A DNA stretch of 61,585 bases from Myxococcales bacterium (GTDB lineage Bacteria > Desulfobacterota > Binatia > HRBIN30 > BPIQ01): contig JBBIUR010000020.1 in assembly GCA_037440145.1 (NCBI GenBank), positions 1 to 61,585 of the forward strand. The letters are read 5' to 3'. Shown here one piece after another: positions 52,034-61,054 of the stretch (position 1 is the stretch's first letter; each line of letters starts with the position of its first letter). The position numbers and the translations under genes were made by a program. Below the pieces are notes generated by a model that did no database searches, was not told where the DNA came from, and saw nothing but the letters and a program-made list of their open reading frames with translations.

Positions 52034-53209
52034 ATGTACCTGGACTTCACGCCCGAGCAACAGGCACTGCGCCGCGAGATCCGCGGATACATGCGCGCCC
52101 TGATGACCCCAGAGCTGCGCGCGGAAGTGGAGGCGAGCGAAGGCGGGGGCCCGCTGTACCGGCAGGCACTGCGCAAGATGGGCGCTGACGGGTGGCTCGG
52201 CATCGGCTGGCCGAGGGAATACGGCGGGCAGGGGCGCTCGGCGATCGAACAGTTCATCTTCAGCGACGAGGTGCAGCGGGCAGGGTTTCCGCTGCCGTTC
52301 CTCACCGTGAACTCCGTCGGCCCCACGATCATGAAGTACGGCACCGAGGAGCAAAAGGCGGAGTTTCTGCCGCGCATCCTTCGGGGCGAGGTGCACTTTG
52401 CAATCGGTTACTCGGAGCCGTCCGCGGGGACGGACCTGGCATCGCTGCGCACCCGGGCGGTTCGCGACGGGGACTGGTACGTGATCAACGGCAGCAAGGT
52501 GTTCACGAGCCTGGCGGAGTTCGCCGACTACATCTGGCTGGCAGCGCGCACCGATCCGGATGCCAAGAAGCACCGGGGCATCTCCATATTCATGGTCGAC
52601 ACGCGGTCGCCCGGTTACCGCTGTACCCCGATCTGGACCATGGCGGGCGTGCGCACGAACGCGACGTACTACGAGGACGTGCGCGTCCCGGCCTCGATGC
52701 GTGTGGGCGCGGAGAACGAGGGCTGGAGCTTGATCGTGAACCAGCTCAACCACGAGCGGATTTCGCTCGTCACTCCGGGCCCGGCCGAGCGCGTGTTCGA
52801 AGAACTGTGCGCCTGGGCGCGGCAGGCGCGCTTGCCCGACGGCAGGCGCGTGATCGACCAGGAGTGGGTGCAGCTCAAACTCGCGCGCGTCCGCGCCAAG
52901 CTCGCCGTGCTGCGCCTGCTGAGCTGGCGCCAGGCATGGGCGATCGCGCGCGACGAGCTGAACTTCGCGGAGGCATCCGCTGTGAAGGTCTACGGCACCG
53001 AGACCTGCGTCGAGGTGTGCCGGGATTTGCTCGAGATCGCGGGCCATCGGGGGTTCGTCCGGCGTGGCTCTCCGGAAGCGCTGCTGCGCGGCTTGCTGGA
53101 ACACCTCCACCGGGCCGCGCTGATCTTGACCTTCGGCGGCGGTACGAACGAAATCCAGCGCGATATCATTGCGATGGCAGGGCTCGGAATGCCGCGGGAA
53201 CTCCGGTGA
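52034..53209 (+). CDS. acyl-CoA dehydrogenase
   Basis: ATG 52034 follows GAGGAG. Motifs IGYSEPSAGTDLASLRTRAVRDGDWYVINGSKVFTS and C-terminal GGGTNEIQRDIIA. Confidence 0.85.
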   Translation: MYLDFTPEQQALRREIRGYMRALMTPELRAEVEASEGGGPLYRQALRKMGADGWLGIGWPREYGGQGRSAIEQFIFSDEVQRAGFPLPFLTVNSVGPTIMKYGTEEQKAEFLPRILRGEVHFAIGYSEPSAGTDLASLRTRAVRDGDWYVINGSKVFTSLAEFADYIWLAARTDPDAKKHRGISIFMVDTRSPGYRCTPIWTMAGVRTNATYYEDVRVPASMRVGAENEGWSLIVNQLNHERISLVTPGPAERVFEELCAWARQARLPDGRRVIDQEWVQLKLARVRAKLAVLRLLSWRQAWAIARDELNFAEASAVKVYGTETCVEVCRDLLEIAGHRGFVRRGSPEALLRGLLEHLHRAALILTFGGGTNEIQRDIIAMAGLGMPRELR

Positions 53210-53240
53210 CTGGACGGCGAGAGCCAGCGGGATCGGTGGG

Positions 53241-54344
53241 ATGGACTTCTCGTATACGGAAGAGCAAGCGGCGCTGCGAGAGCTGGCCCTGCGGATCGTT
53301 GGAGACCACGCGGCCCACGAGCGCCTGAAAGCGGTCGAGGCCGACCCGCAGCGGTTCGACCGAGAACTGTGGAGGGCGCTCGCTGAGGCGAGTGTGCTGG
53401 GCGTCGCGATCCCGCAGGAGTTCGGCGGTGCAGGGCTGGGCCTGGTGGAACTGTGCCTGCTCCTCGAAGCCGTCGGGCGCCACTGCGCCCCGATCCCCGC
53501 GTGGCCAAGCCTGGTGCTAGGTGCGCTCCCGATCGCCGAGTTGCCGGCGGTCGCGCGCGGCGATGCCGTGCTGACGGCCGCACTGGTCGATGCTGGGTCG
53601 GAGGACCCTCTGGCCCCCACGGTGGTGGCGCGGCGCGAGGGTTCGAGTTGGCGGCTTCGGGGAGTGAAGATCTGCGTGCCGGTGGTGCATCTGGCGGAAC
53701 GCGTGCTGGTGCCGGCGCGCGCCGACGGGGAAGGTCTCGGGGTGTTTCTGCTCGATCCAGAAGCGGCTGGCGTGGAGGCGGAGCGGCAGGAGACGACCAT
53801 GGGCGAGCCGCACTTCCGGCTCACCCTGCGCGATGTAGCGGTGGGCGGTGAGGATGTGCTGGCGGGCCCCGAGCAGGGCAGAGAGGTCGTCGACTGGATG
53901 CTCGACCGCGCGCTTGCGGGCCTGTGTGCCATCGAGGTGGGCGTCGTGGAACGCGCGCTGCGGATGACCGCCGAGTACACGTCGACCCGAGAGCAGTTCG
54001 GCAAGCCCCTGGCCAAGTTTCAGGCCGTGGCCCAGCGTGCTGCGGATGCCTTCATCGATACGGAAGCGGTGCGGTGGACGGCATGGCACGCGATCTGGCG
54101 CCTCTCGCAGGGTCTACCCGCCAAGGACGAACTGGCAATTGCGAAATTCTGGGTGGGAGAAGGCGGCCACCGCGTGGTGTGCGCCGCGCAGCACCTCCAC
54201 GGGGGCATCGGCCTCGACCTGGACTATCCCCTGTACCGCTCGTACCTGTGGTCGAAGCAGATCGAGTTGACCTTGGGTTCGGCCACGCGCCATCTGGTGG
54301 CGCTGGGCCGCCGGCTGGCCGCTGGCGAGGAGGGTGGCGGGTGA
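53241..54344 (+). CDS. acyl-CoA dehydrogenase family protein (second member of an adjacent pair)
   Basis: ATG 53241. Motifs MDFSYTEEQAALRE, IPQEFGGAGLGLVELCLLLE, REQFGKPLAKFQAV and HGGIGLDLDYPL. It lacks the GGGT.EI tail of its neighbour. Confidence 0.75.
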   Translation: MDFSYTEEQAALRELALRIVGDHAAHERLKAVEADPQRFDRELWRALAEASVLGVAIPQEFGGAGLGLVELCLLLEAVGRHCAPIPAWPSLVLGALPIAELPAVARGDAVLTAALVDAGSEDPLAPTVVARREGSSWRLRGVKICVPVVHLAERVLVPARADGEGLGVFLLDPEAAGVEAERQETTMGEPHFRLTLRDVAVGGEDVLAGPEQGREVVDWMLDRALAGLCAIEVGVVERALRMTAEYTSTREQFGKPLAKFQAVAQRAADAFIDTEAVRWTAWHAIWRLSQGLPAKDELAIAKFWVGEGGHRVVCAAQHLHGGIGLDLDYPLYRSYLWSKQIELTLGSATRHLVALGRRLAAGEEGGG

Positions 54345-54402
54345 GAGCCCCAAAGGGGAGCGGGAGCGGCAGCGCGCCCGCGGTGCCCCGCGCTTTGACG
54401 GC

Positions 54403-55545
54403 ATGAAGGACGAAGTTGCAATCGTCGGCATTGGCGAGACCGCCTTCGCGAAGCGCCTCGAACCGACGGAGCTGGAGCTCGCATGCCAAGCGGTGAAGGC
54501 AGCGCTCGACGATGCCGGGATCGCCCCCGCCGAGGTCGACGCGCTTGGCTCGTACACGATGGAGGAGACACAGGAGTTCGAACTGGCGCGCAACTTGGGC
54601 TTTGGCGACATCGCGTTTTTCAGCCAGGTCGGTTACGGCGGCGGGGCGGGCTGCGCTGCCGTGGGGCATGTGGCAATGGCCATCGCCGCGGGGGTGGCGA
54701 ACGTGGGGGTGGTTTGGCGGGCGCGCAAGCGGGGCGATCCGTCGAAGCGGGTGTGGGCGCAGGTGAGCGAGCGCGTCGCCGACCACTGGAAGTGGTCGCG
54801 CCCGTTCGGCCTGCTGCGCCCGGTGGACGAAGTCGCCTTGCTCACGCGGCGCTACATGCACGAGTACGGGGCGACGCGCGAGCACTTGGCAAACGTGGTC
54901 CTCGCGGTCCGCCGCCACGGCAATCGGAACCCGCGCGCTGCCATGTACGAGCGGTCGCTCACGCGCGAGGAGTACATGAACGCGCGCTGGATCTCCGAGC
55001 CCCTGTGCCTGTACGACAACTGCCTCGAAAGCGATGGGGCCGTCGCCGTCGTGCTGGCGCGCGCCGACCGTGCGCGCGATTGCCGGCACCGCCCGGCATA
55101 CGTGCACGCTTGGTCCCAGGGCCTCTCTCGCGAGCATCAGGTGATGACGAACTACCACTGCGAGAACCCGCTGCGCGGGACTGCAGCGGTGGCAGCCGCT
55201 AACCTGTGGCGGCGCGCGGATTTCGGGCCGCGCGACGTGAAGGTCGCGCAGTTCTACGACGCCTTCAGCCCGCTCATTCTCTTTTCTCTGGAAGCGTACG
55301 GGTTCTGCGGCCAGGGCGAGGCCGCGGCCTTCGCCGAAAGCGGGGCGCTCGAGCTCGGGGGCCGCCTCCCCGTCAATACCGCGGGCGGGAGCCTGTCGGA
55401 GGCGTACGTCCACGGCATGAACTTGATCGCGGAAGGGGTGCGCCAGATCCGCGGCACGTCGACGGCCCAGGTGCCCGACGCGGATACTTGCCTGGTCACG
55501 AGCGCGTACCCGGTGCCGACCAGCGCGCTTTTGTTGCGGAGGTGA
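54403..55545 (+). CDS. thiolase-like lipid-transfer-protein (Ltp / SCP-x type) enzyme
   Basis: ATG 54403 (MKDEVAIVGIGETAF). Motifs DNCLESDGAVAVVL, FYDAFSPLILFSLEAYGF and VNTAGGSLSEAYVHGMN are typical of the non-acetoacetyl thiolase-like group. Confidence 0.7.
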   Translation: MKDEVAIVGIGETAFAKRLEPTELELACQAVKAALDDAGIAPAEVDALGSYTMEETQEFELARNLGFGDIAFFSQVGYGGGAGCAAVGHVAMAIAAGVANVGVVWRARKRGDPSKRVWAQVSERVADHWKWSRPFGLLRPVDEVALLTRRYMHEYGATREHLANVVLAVRRHGNRNPRAAMYERSLTREEYMNARWISEPLCLYDNCLESDGAVAVVLARADRARDCRHRPAYVHAWSQGLSREHQVMTNYHCENPLRGTAAVAAANLWRRADFGPRDVKVAQFYDAFSPLILFSLEAYGFCGQGEAAAFAESGALELGGRLPVNTAGGSLSEAYVHGMNLIAEGVRQIRGTSTAQVPDADTCLVTSAYPVPTSALLLRR

Positions 55546-55550
55546 ACGCC

Positions 55551-56003
55551 GTGATCGAAGGAATCCCGCTCCCCGTTACCGACGACCCTCGCGACCAGCC
55601 CTTCTGGGAAGCAGCTCTGCGCGGAGAACTCGTGCTCCAGCGCTGCGCGCACTGCGGCCGGTGCCGCTTCCCCCCGCGGCCCATGTGCCCCCGTTGCCAG
55701 AGCTTCGAGCACGAGTGGCGCGCCGTTTCGGGCCGCGGCCGCATCTGGTCGTTCGCAGTGCTCCACCCCCCGCTGCTGCCGGCATTTGCCAAGTTCGCGC
55801 CGTACCCGGTGATCCTAGTGGAGCTCGAAGAAGACCCCTCGCTGCGCATGGTGGGCAACTTGGTGCCGGGGCCGGAGGGCGAGATCCATCAGGTGGACCC
55901 CCGCGGCGTGCAGATCGGGGCTCCCGTGCGCGTCGTGTTCCAGAAGGTCGCCGAGGACGTGGCTCTGCCGCGGTGGGTGCTGGTGGAACCGGAAGCTGCA
56001 TAG
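55551..56003 (+). CDS. DUF35-type Zn-ribbon + OB-fold protein
   Basis: GTG 55551 follows GGAGGTGA, which spans the upstream stop. Motif CAHCGRCRFPPRPMCPRC (CxxC...CxxC), followed by an OB-like segment VILVELEE...LRMVGNL. Confidence 0.7.
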   Translation: MIEGIPLPVTDDPRDQPFWEAALRGELVLQRCAHCGRCRFPPRPMCPRCQSFEHEWRAVSGRGRIWSFAVLHPPLLPAFAKFAPYPVILVELEEDPSLRMVGNLVPGPEGEIHQVDPRGVQIGAPVRVVFQKVAEDVALPRWVLVEPEAA

Positions 56004-56031
56004 CCAGACCTCGCGCGCAAAGGAGGGGGCG

Positions 56032-57186
56032 ATGCCCGAAGCATTCATCGCAGATGCCGTCCGCACCCCGGTGGGCAAGCGCGGCGGCGGCTTGAGCCGG
56101 ATCCACCCCGCCGATTTGGGTGCACACGTGATCCGGGCGCTGATCGAGCGCAACGGGCTCGATCCGCTCGCCGTCGAGGACGTGATTTTCGGCTGCGTCG
56201 ATACGATCGGCCCGCAGGCGGGCGACATCGCGCGGACGTGCTGGCTCGCTGCGGGCCTGCCCGAGGAGGTGCCGGGAGTCACGGTCGACCGGCAGTGTGG
56301 CTCTTCCCAGCAGGCGATTCACTTTGCTGCCCAAGCGGTCATGAGCGGCACGAGCGACGTGGTGATCGCTGGCGGGGTGCAGAGCATGAGCGTGATTCCG
56401 ATCGCCTCCGCGATGACCGTTGCGCAGCCCATGGGGTTTCCCGACCCGTTTTCCGGATCGCGCGGGTGGCGGGCTCGCTACGGCGCACAAGAGGTGTCCC
56501 AGTTCCGCGCCGCCGAGATGATCGCGGAGAAGTGGAATATCTCGCGCGCAGAGATGGAGCAGTTCGCTCTGGAAAGCCACCGCCGCGCCGTGCGCGCCAT
56601 CGACGAGGGGAAGTTCGCGGCTGAGATCGTGCCCTGCGACGGCGTCGCAGCGGACGAGGGGCCGCGCCGGGACACGTCGCTCGAAAAGATGGCGGCGCTG
56701 CCGCCGCTGCGCGGGGGAGGGCGGATCACGGCAGTAGTGTCGAGCCAGATTTCGGATGCCGCTGCGGCCCTGCTCATCGCCTCGGAGCGCGGGCTGCGGA
56801 GGTGCGGGTTGCGGCCGCGGGCGCGCATTCACCACCTCAGCGTTCGCGGCGCCGACCCGATCTGGATGCTCACGGCGCCGATCCCGGCGACGCGCTACGC
56901 GCTGGAGCGGACCGGTCTTTCCCCGGCGGATATCGACCTCGTGGAGATCAACGAGGCGTTCGCCTCCGTCGTGCTTGCCTGGCAGCGCGAGACCGGCTGG
57001 GATCTCTCGCGCGTGAACGTGAATGGCGGCGCGATCGCCCTCGGCCACCCGCTGGGAGCGACCGGTGCGCGGCTGATGACCACGCTGCTCTACGAGCTGG
57101 AGCGCCGCGCGGGCCGCTATGGACTGCAGACGATGTGCGAGGGCGGCGGGCAGGCGAACGTCACGATCATCGAGCGCACCGCATGA
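56032..57186 (+). CDS. acetyl-CoA C-acyltransferase (degradative thiolase)
   Basis: Motifs [21 protein letters not shown] (nucleophile Cys), [17 protein letters not shown] and CEGGGQA. Confidence 0.85.
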   Translation: MPEAFIADAVRTPVGKRGGGLSRIHPADLGAHVIRALIERNGLDPLAVEDVIFGCVDTIGPQAGDIARTCWLAAGLPEEVPGVTVDRQCGSSQQAIHFAAQAVMSGTSDVVIAGGVQSMSVIPIASAMTVAQPMGFPDPFSGSRGWRARYGAQEVSQFRAAEMIAEKWNISRAEMEQFALESHRRAVRAIDEGKFAAEIVPCDGVAADEGPRRDTSLEKMAALPPLRGGGRITAVVSSQISDAAAALLIASERGLRRCGLRPRARIHHLSVRGADPIWMLTAPIPATRYALERTGLSPADIDLVEINEAFASVVLAWQRETGWDLSRVNVNGGAIALGHPLGATGARLMTTLLYELERRAGRYGLQTMCEGGGQANVTIIERTA

Positions 57187-57262
57187 CGGCGGGACGAGGC
57201 CGGCTGTTGGCCCGAACGCAGCAAAGGCGGCAGGTCGCAAGCGAAGGCCGGGGAGGTGGGCG

Positions 57263-58429
57263 GTGAGGTTCGCTTTCACGGAGGAGCAAGAGGCGCTGCG
57301 CGCGACGGCGCGGGCCTTTTTGCGCGACCATTCGTCGCCGGCGCGCGTGCGGCGTGCCATGGCGACGGATGCGGGGTGGGAGCCCGAAGTGTGGCGGCGC
57401 ATAGCGGGCGAGCTGGCCTGGACGGCGATCTTGGTCCCCGAGCGCTAAGGCGGGCTCGGCCTGAGCTACGTGGAGCTCGTGGCGCTGATGGAGGAGATGG
57501 GCGCGGCGCTGCTCTGCGCCCCGTTCTTTTCCACCGTGTGTCTCGGAGCAAACGCGCTGCTGCTCGGCGGCAGCGAGTCGCAAAAAGAGGAGCATCTGCC
57601 GAAGATCGCCGTGGGGGAACGGACCGCCGCGCTCGCGCATGTCGGGCCCGCAGGCCGGTGGGGCGCCGAGGGCATCGAGGTGGTGGCGGAACGAGCGGGC
57701 GATGGGTTCCGGCTTTCCGGCGCTTCCTCGTTCGTAGTCGACGGCCATACGGCAGATCTGCTCGTCGTTGCGGCGCGGCGGCCGGGTTCGCAGGGAAGCG
57801 AGGGGGTGAGCCTGTTCGCAGTGCCCGCAGCGCTGCCCGGAATCGCGCGCCGCCTGTTGCCGACGATGGACCAGACGCGCAAGCTCGCCGAGGTGCAATT
57901 CGCGGGGGTGCGGGTGGCGCGCGCGGCGCTCCTGGGGGAGGAAGGCGAGGGCTGGGGTATCTTGAGCCGCACGCTCGACCTGGCTGCAATCGCGTTGGCT
58001 GCCGAGCAGGTCGGCGGCGCGCAGCGCTGCCTCGACCTGGCGGTGGAGTACGCGAAGCAGCGCGTGCAGTTCGGCCGCCCCATCGGTTCCTTCCAGGCGA
58101 TCCAGCACAAGTGCAGCGACATGCTCGTTCGCGTCGAGTCAGCTCGGTCCGCCGCCTACTACGCGGGCTGGGCAGCGGCGGTGGGGGACCCGGAAGTGCC
58201 AGTGCTGGCGTCGCTGGTGAAGGCGTATTGCTCCGAAGCGTACTTCTTCTGCGCGGCCGAAGCGATCCAGATCCACGGCGGCGTCGGGTTCACGTGGGAG
58301 TACGACATCCACCTGTATTTCAAGCGGGCGCGCGCCTGCGAGGCGCTTCTCGGCTCGCCCAGCTTTCACCGCGAGCGCGTGGCCGGTGCACTCGGCTTGG
58401 GCAGCGCCGCCGGAGGCGGGCCGGGATGA
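57263..58429 (+). pseudogene. acyl-CoA dehydrogenase gene interrupted by one in-frame TAA (57446-57448)
   Basis: GTG 57263 follows GGGGAGGTGGG. ORFs 57119-57448 and 57470-58429 are in the same frame. The translation reads ILVPER-stop-GGLGLSYVELVALMEE, where ACADs normally have PE.YGG.G. The rest is intact (REQ-type QRVQFGRPIGSFQAIQH, HGGVGFTWEYD). Confidence 0.7.
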
Positions 58430-58508
58430 ACCGCGCGCGGTGCTGGCAGCACGCCGGCCGCCGGTTGCCTTGCGACCGCGGCCGGGGGCGCTCGCGGCAG
58501 GCGGGGAG

Positions 58509-59303
58509 ATGAGCGGCGCTCTCGACATGACCGGCAAGGTCGTGATCGTCACCGGCGGAAGCCGGGGCGTGGGCCGGGGAATTGCGCTGCGGTTTCTCGA
58601 GGCGGGCGCAGAGGTGGTGATCTGCGGCCGCACGGAGCCGGCGGCGCCTCCCGCAGCGCGCGATCGGCGCGCGTGGTTCGTCGCCGCCGACGTGCGCGAG
58701 CCGGAGCAGATCGACCGGGTCGTCCGCTTCACCACCGGGCGCTTCGGGCGGCTCGACGTGCTGGTGAACAATGCGGGGGGCTCTCCCGTCGCCGAGGCGG
58801 CGACCGCTTCGTCGCGGTTTTTCGAAGCGATCATTCGCCTCAACTTGATCGCGCCCCTGGTCTTTGCGCAGCGGGCGAACGCCATCATGCAACGGCAGCC
58901 CGACGGCGGCGTGATCGTCAACATCGCAAGCGTGAGCGGCACGCGCCCCTCGCCGGGTGCCGCGGCATACGGCGCTGCGAAGGCGGGCCTGCTCAACCTC
59001 ACGCGGACCTTAGCCGTGGAGTGGGCGCCGAAGGTGCGGGTGAACGCGGTCGCGGCGGGAATGATCCGCACGGAACAGGCGCACCTCCATTACGGAGACG
59101 AGGGCGGGATCGCGGCGGTGGAAGGCACGGTGCCTCTCGGCCGCTTGGGCACGCCGGAGGAGATCGGCGACGTGTGCCTGTTCCTCGCTTCGCCCCTCGC
59201 GCGCTATGTGAGCGGCGCGAGCATCGAGGTCCACGGAGGCGGAGAGAGGCCCGCGTACCTGGTCGCGCTGGCGCTGCGGCAGCGAGGCAGCGGAGGGGCG
59301 TGA
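58509..59303 (+). CDS. SDR family oxidoreductase
   Basis: ATG 58509; motifs VTGGSRGVGRG, NNAG and YGAAKAG. Confidence 0.85.
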   Translation: MSGALDMTGKVVIVTGGSRGVGRGIALRFLEAGAEVVICGRTEPAAPPAARDRRAWFVAADVREPEQIDRVVRFTTGRFGRLDVLVNNAGGSPVAEAATASSRFFEAIIRLNLIAPLVFAQRANAIMQRQPDGGVIVNIASVSGTRPSPGAAAYGAAKAGLLNLTRTLAVEWAPKVRVNAVAAGMIRTEQAHLHYGDEGGIAAVEGTVPLGRLGTPEEIGDVCLFLASPLARYVSGASIEVHGGGERPAYLVALALRQRGSGGA

Positions 59304-59329
59304 GCGACGGATTAAGGAGGGCACCGAGA

Positions 59330-60079
59330 ATGCAGCGATTCGTGGGACGTACGGCGATCGTGACGGGGGCCGCTTCGGGCCTCGGGCGGGCGACCGCACT
59401 GCGGCTGGGCAGCGAGGGCGCAGCGGTTGCGTGCTTGGACGTGGTGCGCGAGGCGGCCGAGGAAACCGCGGCCGAGATCCGCGCGCGGGGAGGCAGGGGC
59501 CGCGCGTACCAGGTCGACGTCGCCGACCCGGCCTCCGTGCGCGCTGCGGTGAGCGCCGCGGTGGCGGATCTCGGCCGCCCCTCGGTCTTGGTGAACTGCG
59601 CGGGCATTGGCAAGTTCGCGCACTCGCACGAGATGGGGTTCGAGGAGTGGTCGCGCATCATCGCGGTGAACTTGACCGGTACGTTTCTCGTCTCGCAGGC
59701 GGTTTTGCCGTACCTGCTCGAAGGAGGCCGAAGCATCGTCAACGTCGCGTCGAGTGCGGGGCTGCGCGGACAACCGTACAGCGCCGCATACTGTGCTTCG
59801 AAAGGCGGTGTCATCCAGCTCACGCGGGCGCTGGCCGACGCGTACCTGCACCGCGGCGTGCGCGTGAACGCCGTTGCGCCCGGTGGGATCGAAACGCCGC
59901 TGCAGAGGGCCTTCCAGTTGCCGGAAGGCGCGGATCCGCGGTCGATCGCGAAGCTGATCTCTCCCTACGGGAACGCGCAGCCCGAGGAGGTCGCGGCGCT
60001 GATCGCCTTCGTGGCCTCCGAGGAAGGGCGGTACATGACCGGCTCAGTGGTGTCGATCGATGGGGGCATCACGCTCTGA
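59330..60079 (+). CDS. SDR family oxidoreductase
   Basis: ATG 59330 follows TAAGGAGGG; motifs VTGAASGLGRA and YCASKGG; C-terminal SIDGG. Confidence 0.85.
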   Translation: MQRFVGRTAIVTGAASGLGRATALRLGSEGAAVACLDVVREAAEETAAEIRARGGRGRAYQVDVADPASVRAAVSAAVADLGRPSVLVNCAGIGKFAHSHEMGFEEWSRIIAVNLTGTFLVSQAVLPYLLEGGRSIVNVASSAGLRGQPYSAAYCASKGGVIQLTRALADAYLHRGVRVNAVAPGGIETPLQRAFQLPEGADPRSIAKLISPYGNAQPEEVAALIAFVASEEGRYMTGSVVSIDGGITL

Positions 60080-60143
60080 GCGCGGCACGGTGGCGGCGCG
60101 GGTCTCGGGGGCAGGCGCCGCGGCCGGCTAGAGGAAGCGGGCG

Positions 60144-61013
60144 ATGCGGTTTTCCTATGCCGAGTCGATGTGCGATCCGAGCCACTACCTGCCGCTTGCC
60201 CGCGCGGCGGAAGAGGCGGGGTGGACGTCCTTCGTCGTTCCGGACAGCATCTTCTATCCCGAGCGCAGCGAAAGCCGGTATCCCTACACGCCAGACGGGG
60301 CGCGCGACTTTCTCGAAGACAAGCCGTTTCTGGATCCGTTTGCCCTGATCCCAGCAATGGCGGCCGTGACCCACCGGCTGCGCTTTACCACGTTCGTGCT
60401 CAAGCTCCCCGTGCGCCATCCCGTGCTCGTCGCCAAAGCGGCTACCTCGGTCGCCGTATTGAGCGGCGGCCGGCTCGCCTTGGGGGTCGGCACGAGCCCT
60501 TGGGTCGAGGACTTCCGCGTCTGCGGGCAGGATTGGCACTCGCGGGGAAAGCGCACCGACGAGGCCATCGAAATCCTGCGCGGCCTGTCCCGCGGAGGGT
60601 ATTTCGAGTATCACGGGCGCTACTATCAGTTCGAGCGCATCAAGATTTGCCCGGTGCCGGCGGAGCCAATTCCCGTCCTGATCGGAGGGCACTCCGAGGC
60701 CGCGCTGCGCCGTGCCGCGCGGCTGGGCGACGGCTGGATGCACGCCGGTAGCGGCGATCTCCAGCAGATGATCCGCCGGCTGCAAGAAATGCGGCGCGCA
60801 TGCGGGCGCGAGCGGGCTCCGTTTGAAATCCACGCCATTTCGCTCGACGCCTTCACCCTCGACGGCGTGCGGAGGCTGGAGGATCTCGGGGTGACGGACG
60901 TGATCGTGGGCTTTCGCAATGTGTACGCAGAGAGGGGGGACTCGATGACGCTGCAGCAGAAGATCGATGCCTTGCGGCGCTACGCGGATGCAGTGATCGC
61001 GAAAGCGGGCTGA
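60144..61013 (+). CDS. LLM-class F420/flavin-dependent oxidoreductase
   Basis: Motifs LSGGRLALGVGTS, PVPAEPIPVLIGG and LGVTDVIVGF. Confidence 0.7.
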   Translation: MRFSYAESMCDPSHYLPLARAAEEAGWTSFVVPDSIFYPERSESRYPYTPDGARDFLEDKPFLDPFALIPAMAAVTHRLRFTTFVLKLPVRHPVLVAKAATSVAVLSGGRLALGVGTSPWVEDFRVCGQDWHSRGKRTDEAIEILRGLSRGGYFEYHGRYYQFERIKICPVPAEPIPVLIGGHSEAALRRAARLGDGWMHAGSGDLQQMIRRLQEMRRACGRERAPFEIHAISLDAFTLDGVRRLEDLGVTDVIVGFRNVYAERGDSMTLQQKIDALRRYADAVIAKAG

Positions 61014-61054
61014 GTTCCGCCGGGCCGGGCTGCGCCCGGGGGGGGGAGACAGCC

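Noticed and set aside
57446-57448. The in-frame stop in the ACAD gene as programmed recoding (selenocysteine or pyrrolysine).
   Set aside because: The codon is TAA, not TGA or TAG. It replaces a normally conserved Tyr, and no SECIS- or PYLIS-like context is evident. A nonsense mutation or sequencing error is more parsimonious.
61038-61046. A G9 homopolymer in the RBS region of the kinase gene as a phase-variable tract.
   Set aside because: G-runs are unremarkable in this GC-rich DNA and it doubles as a plausible Shine-Dalgarno sequence. There is no evidence of length variation from a single sequence.
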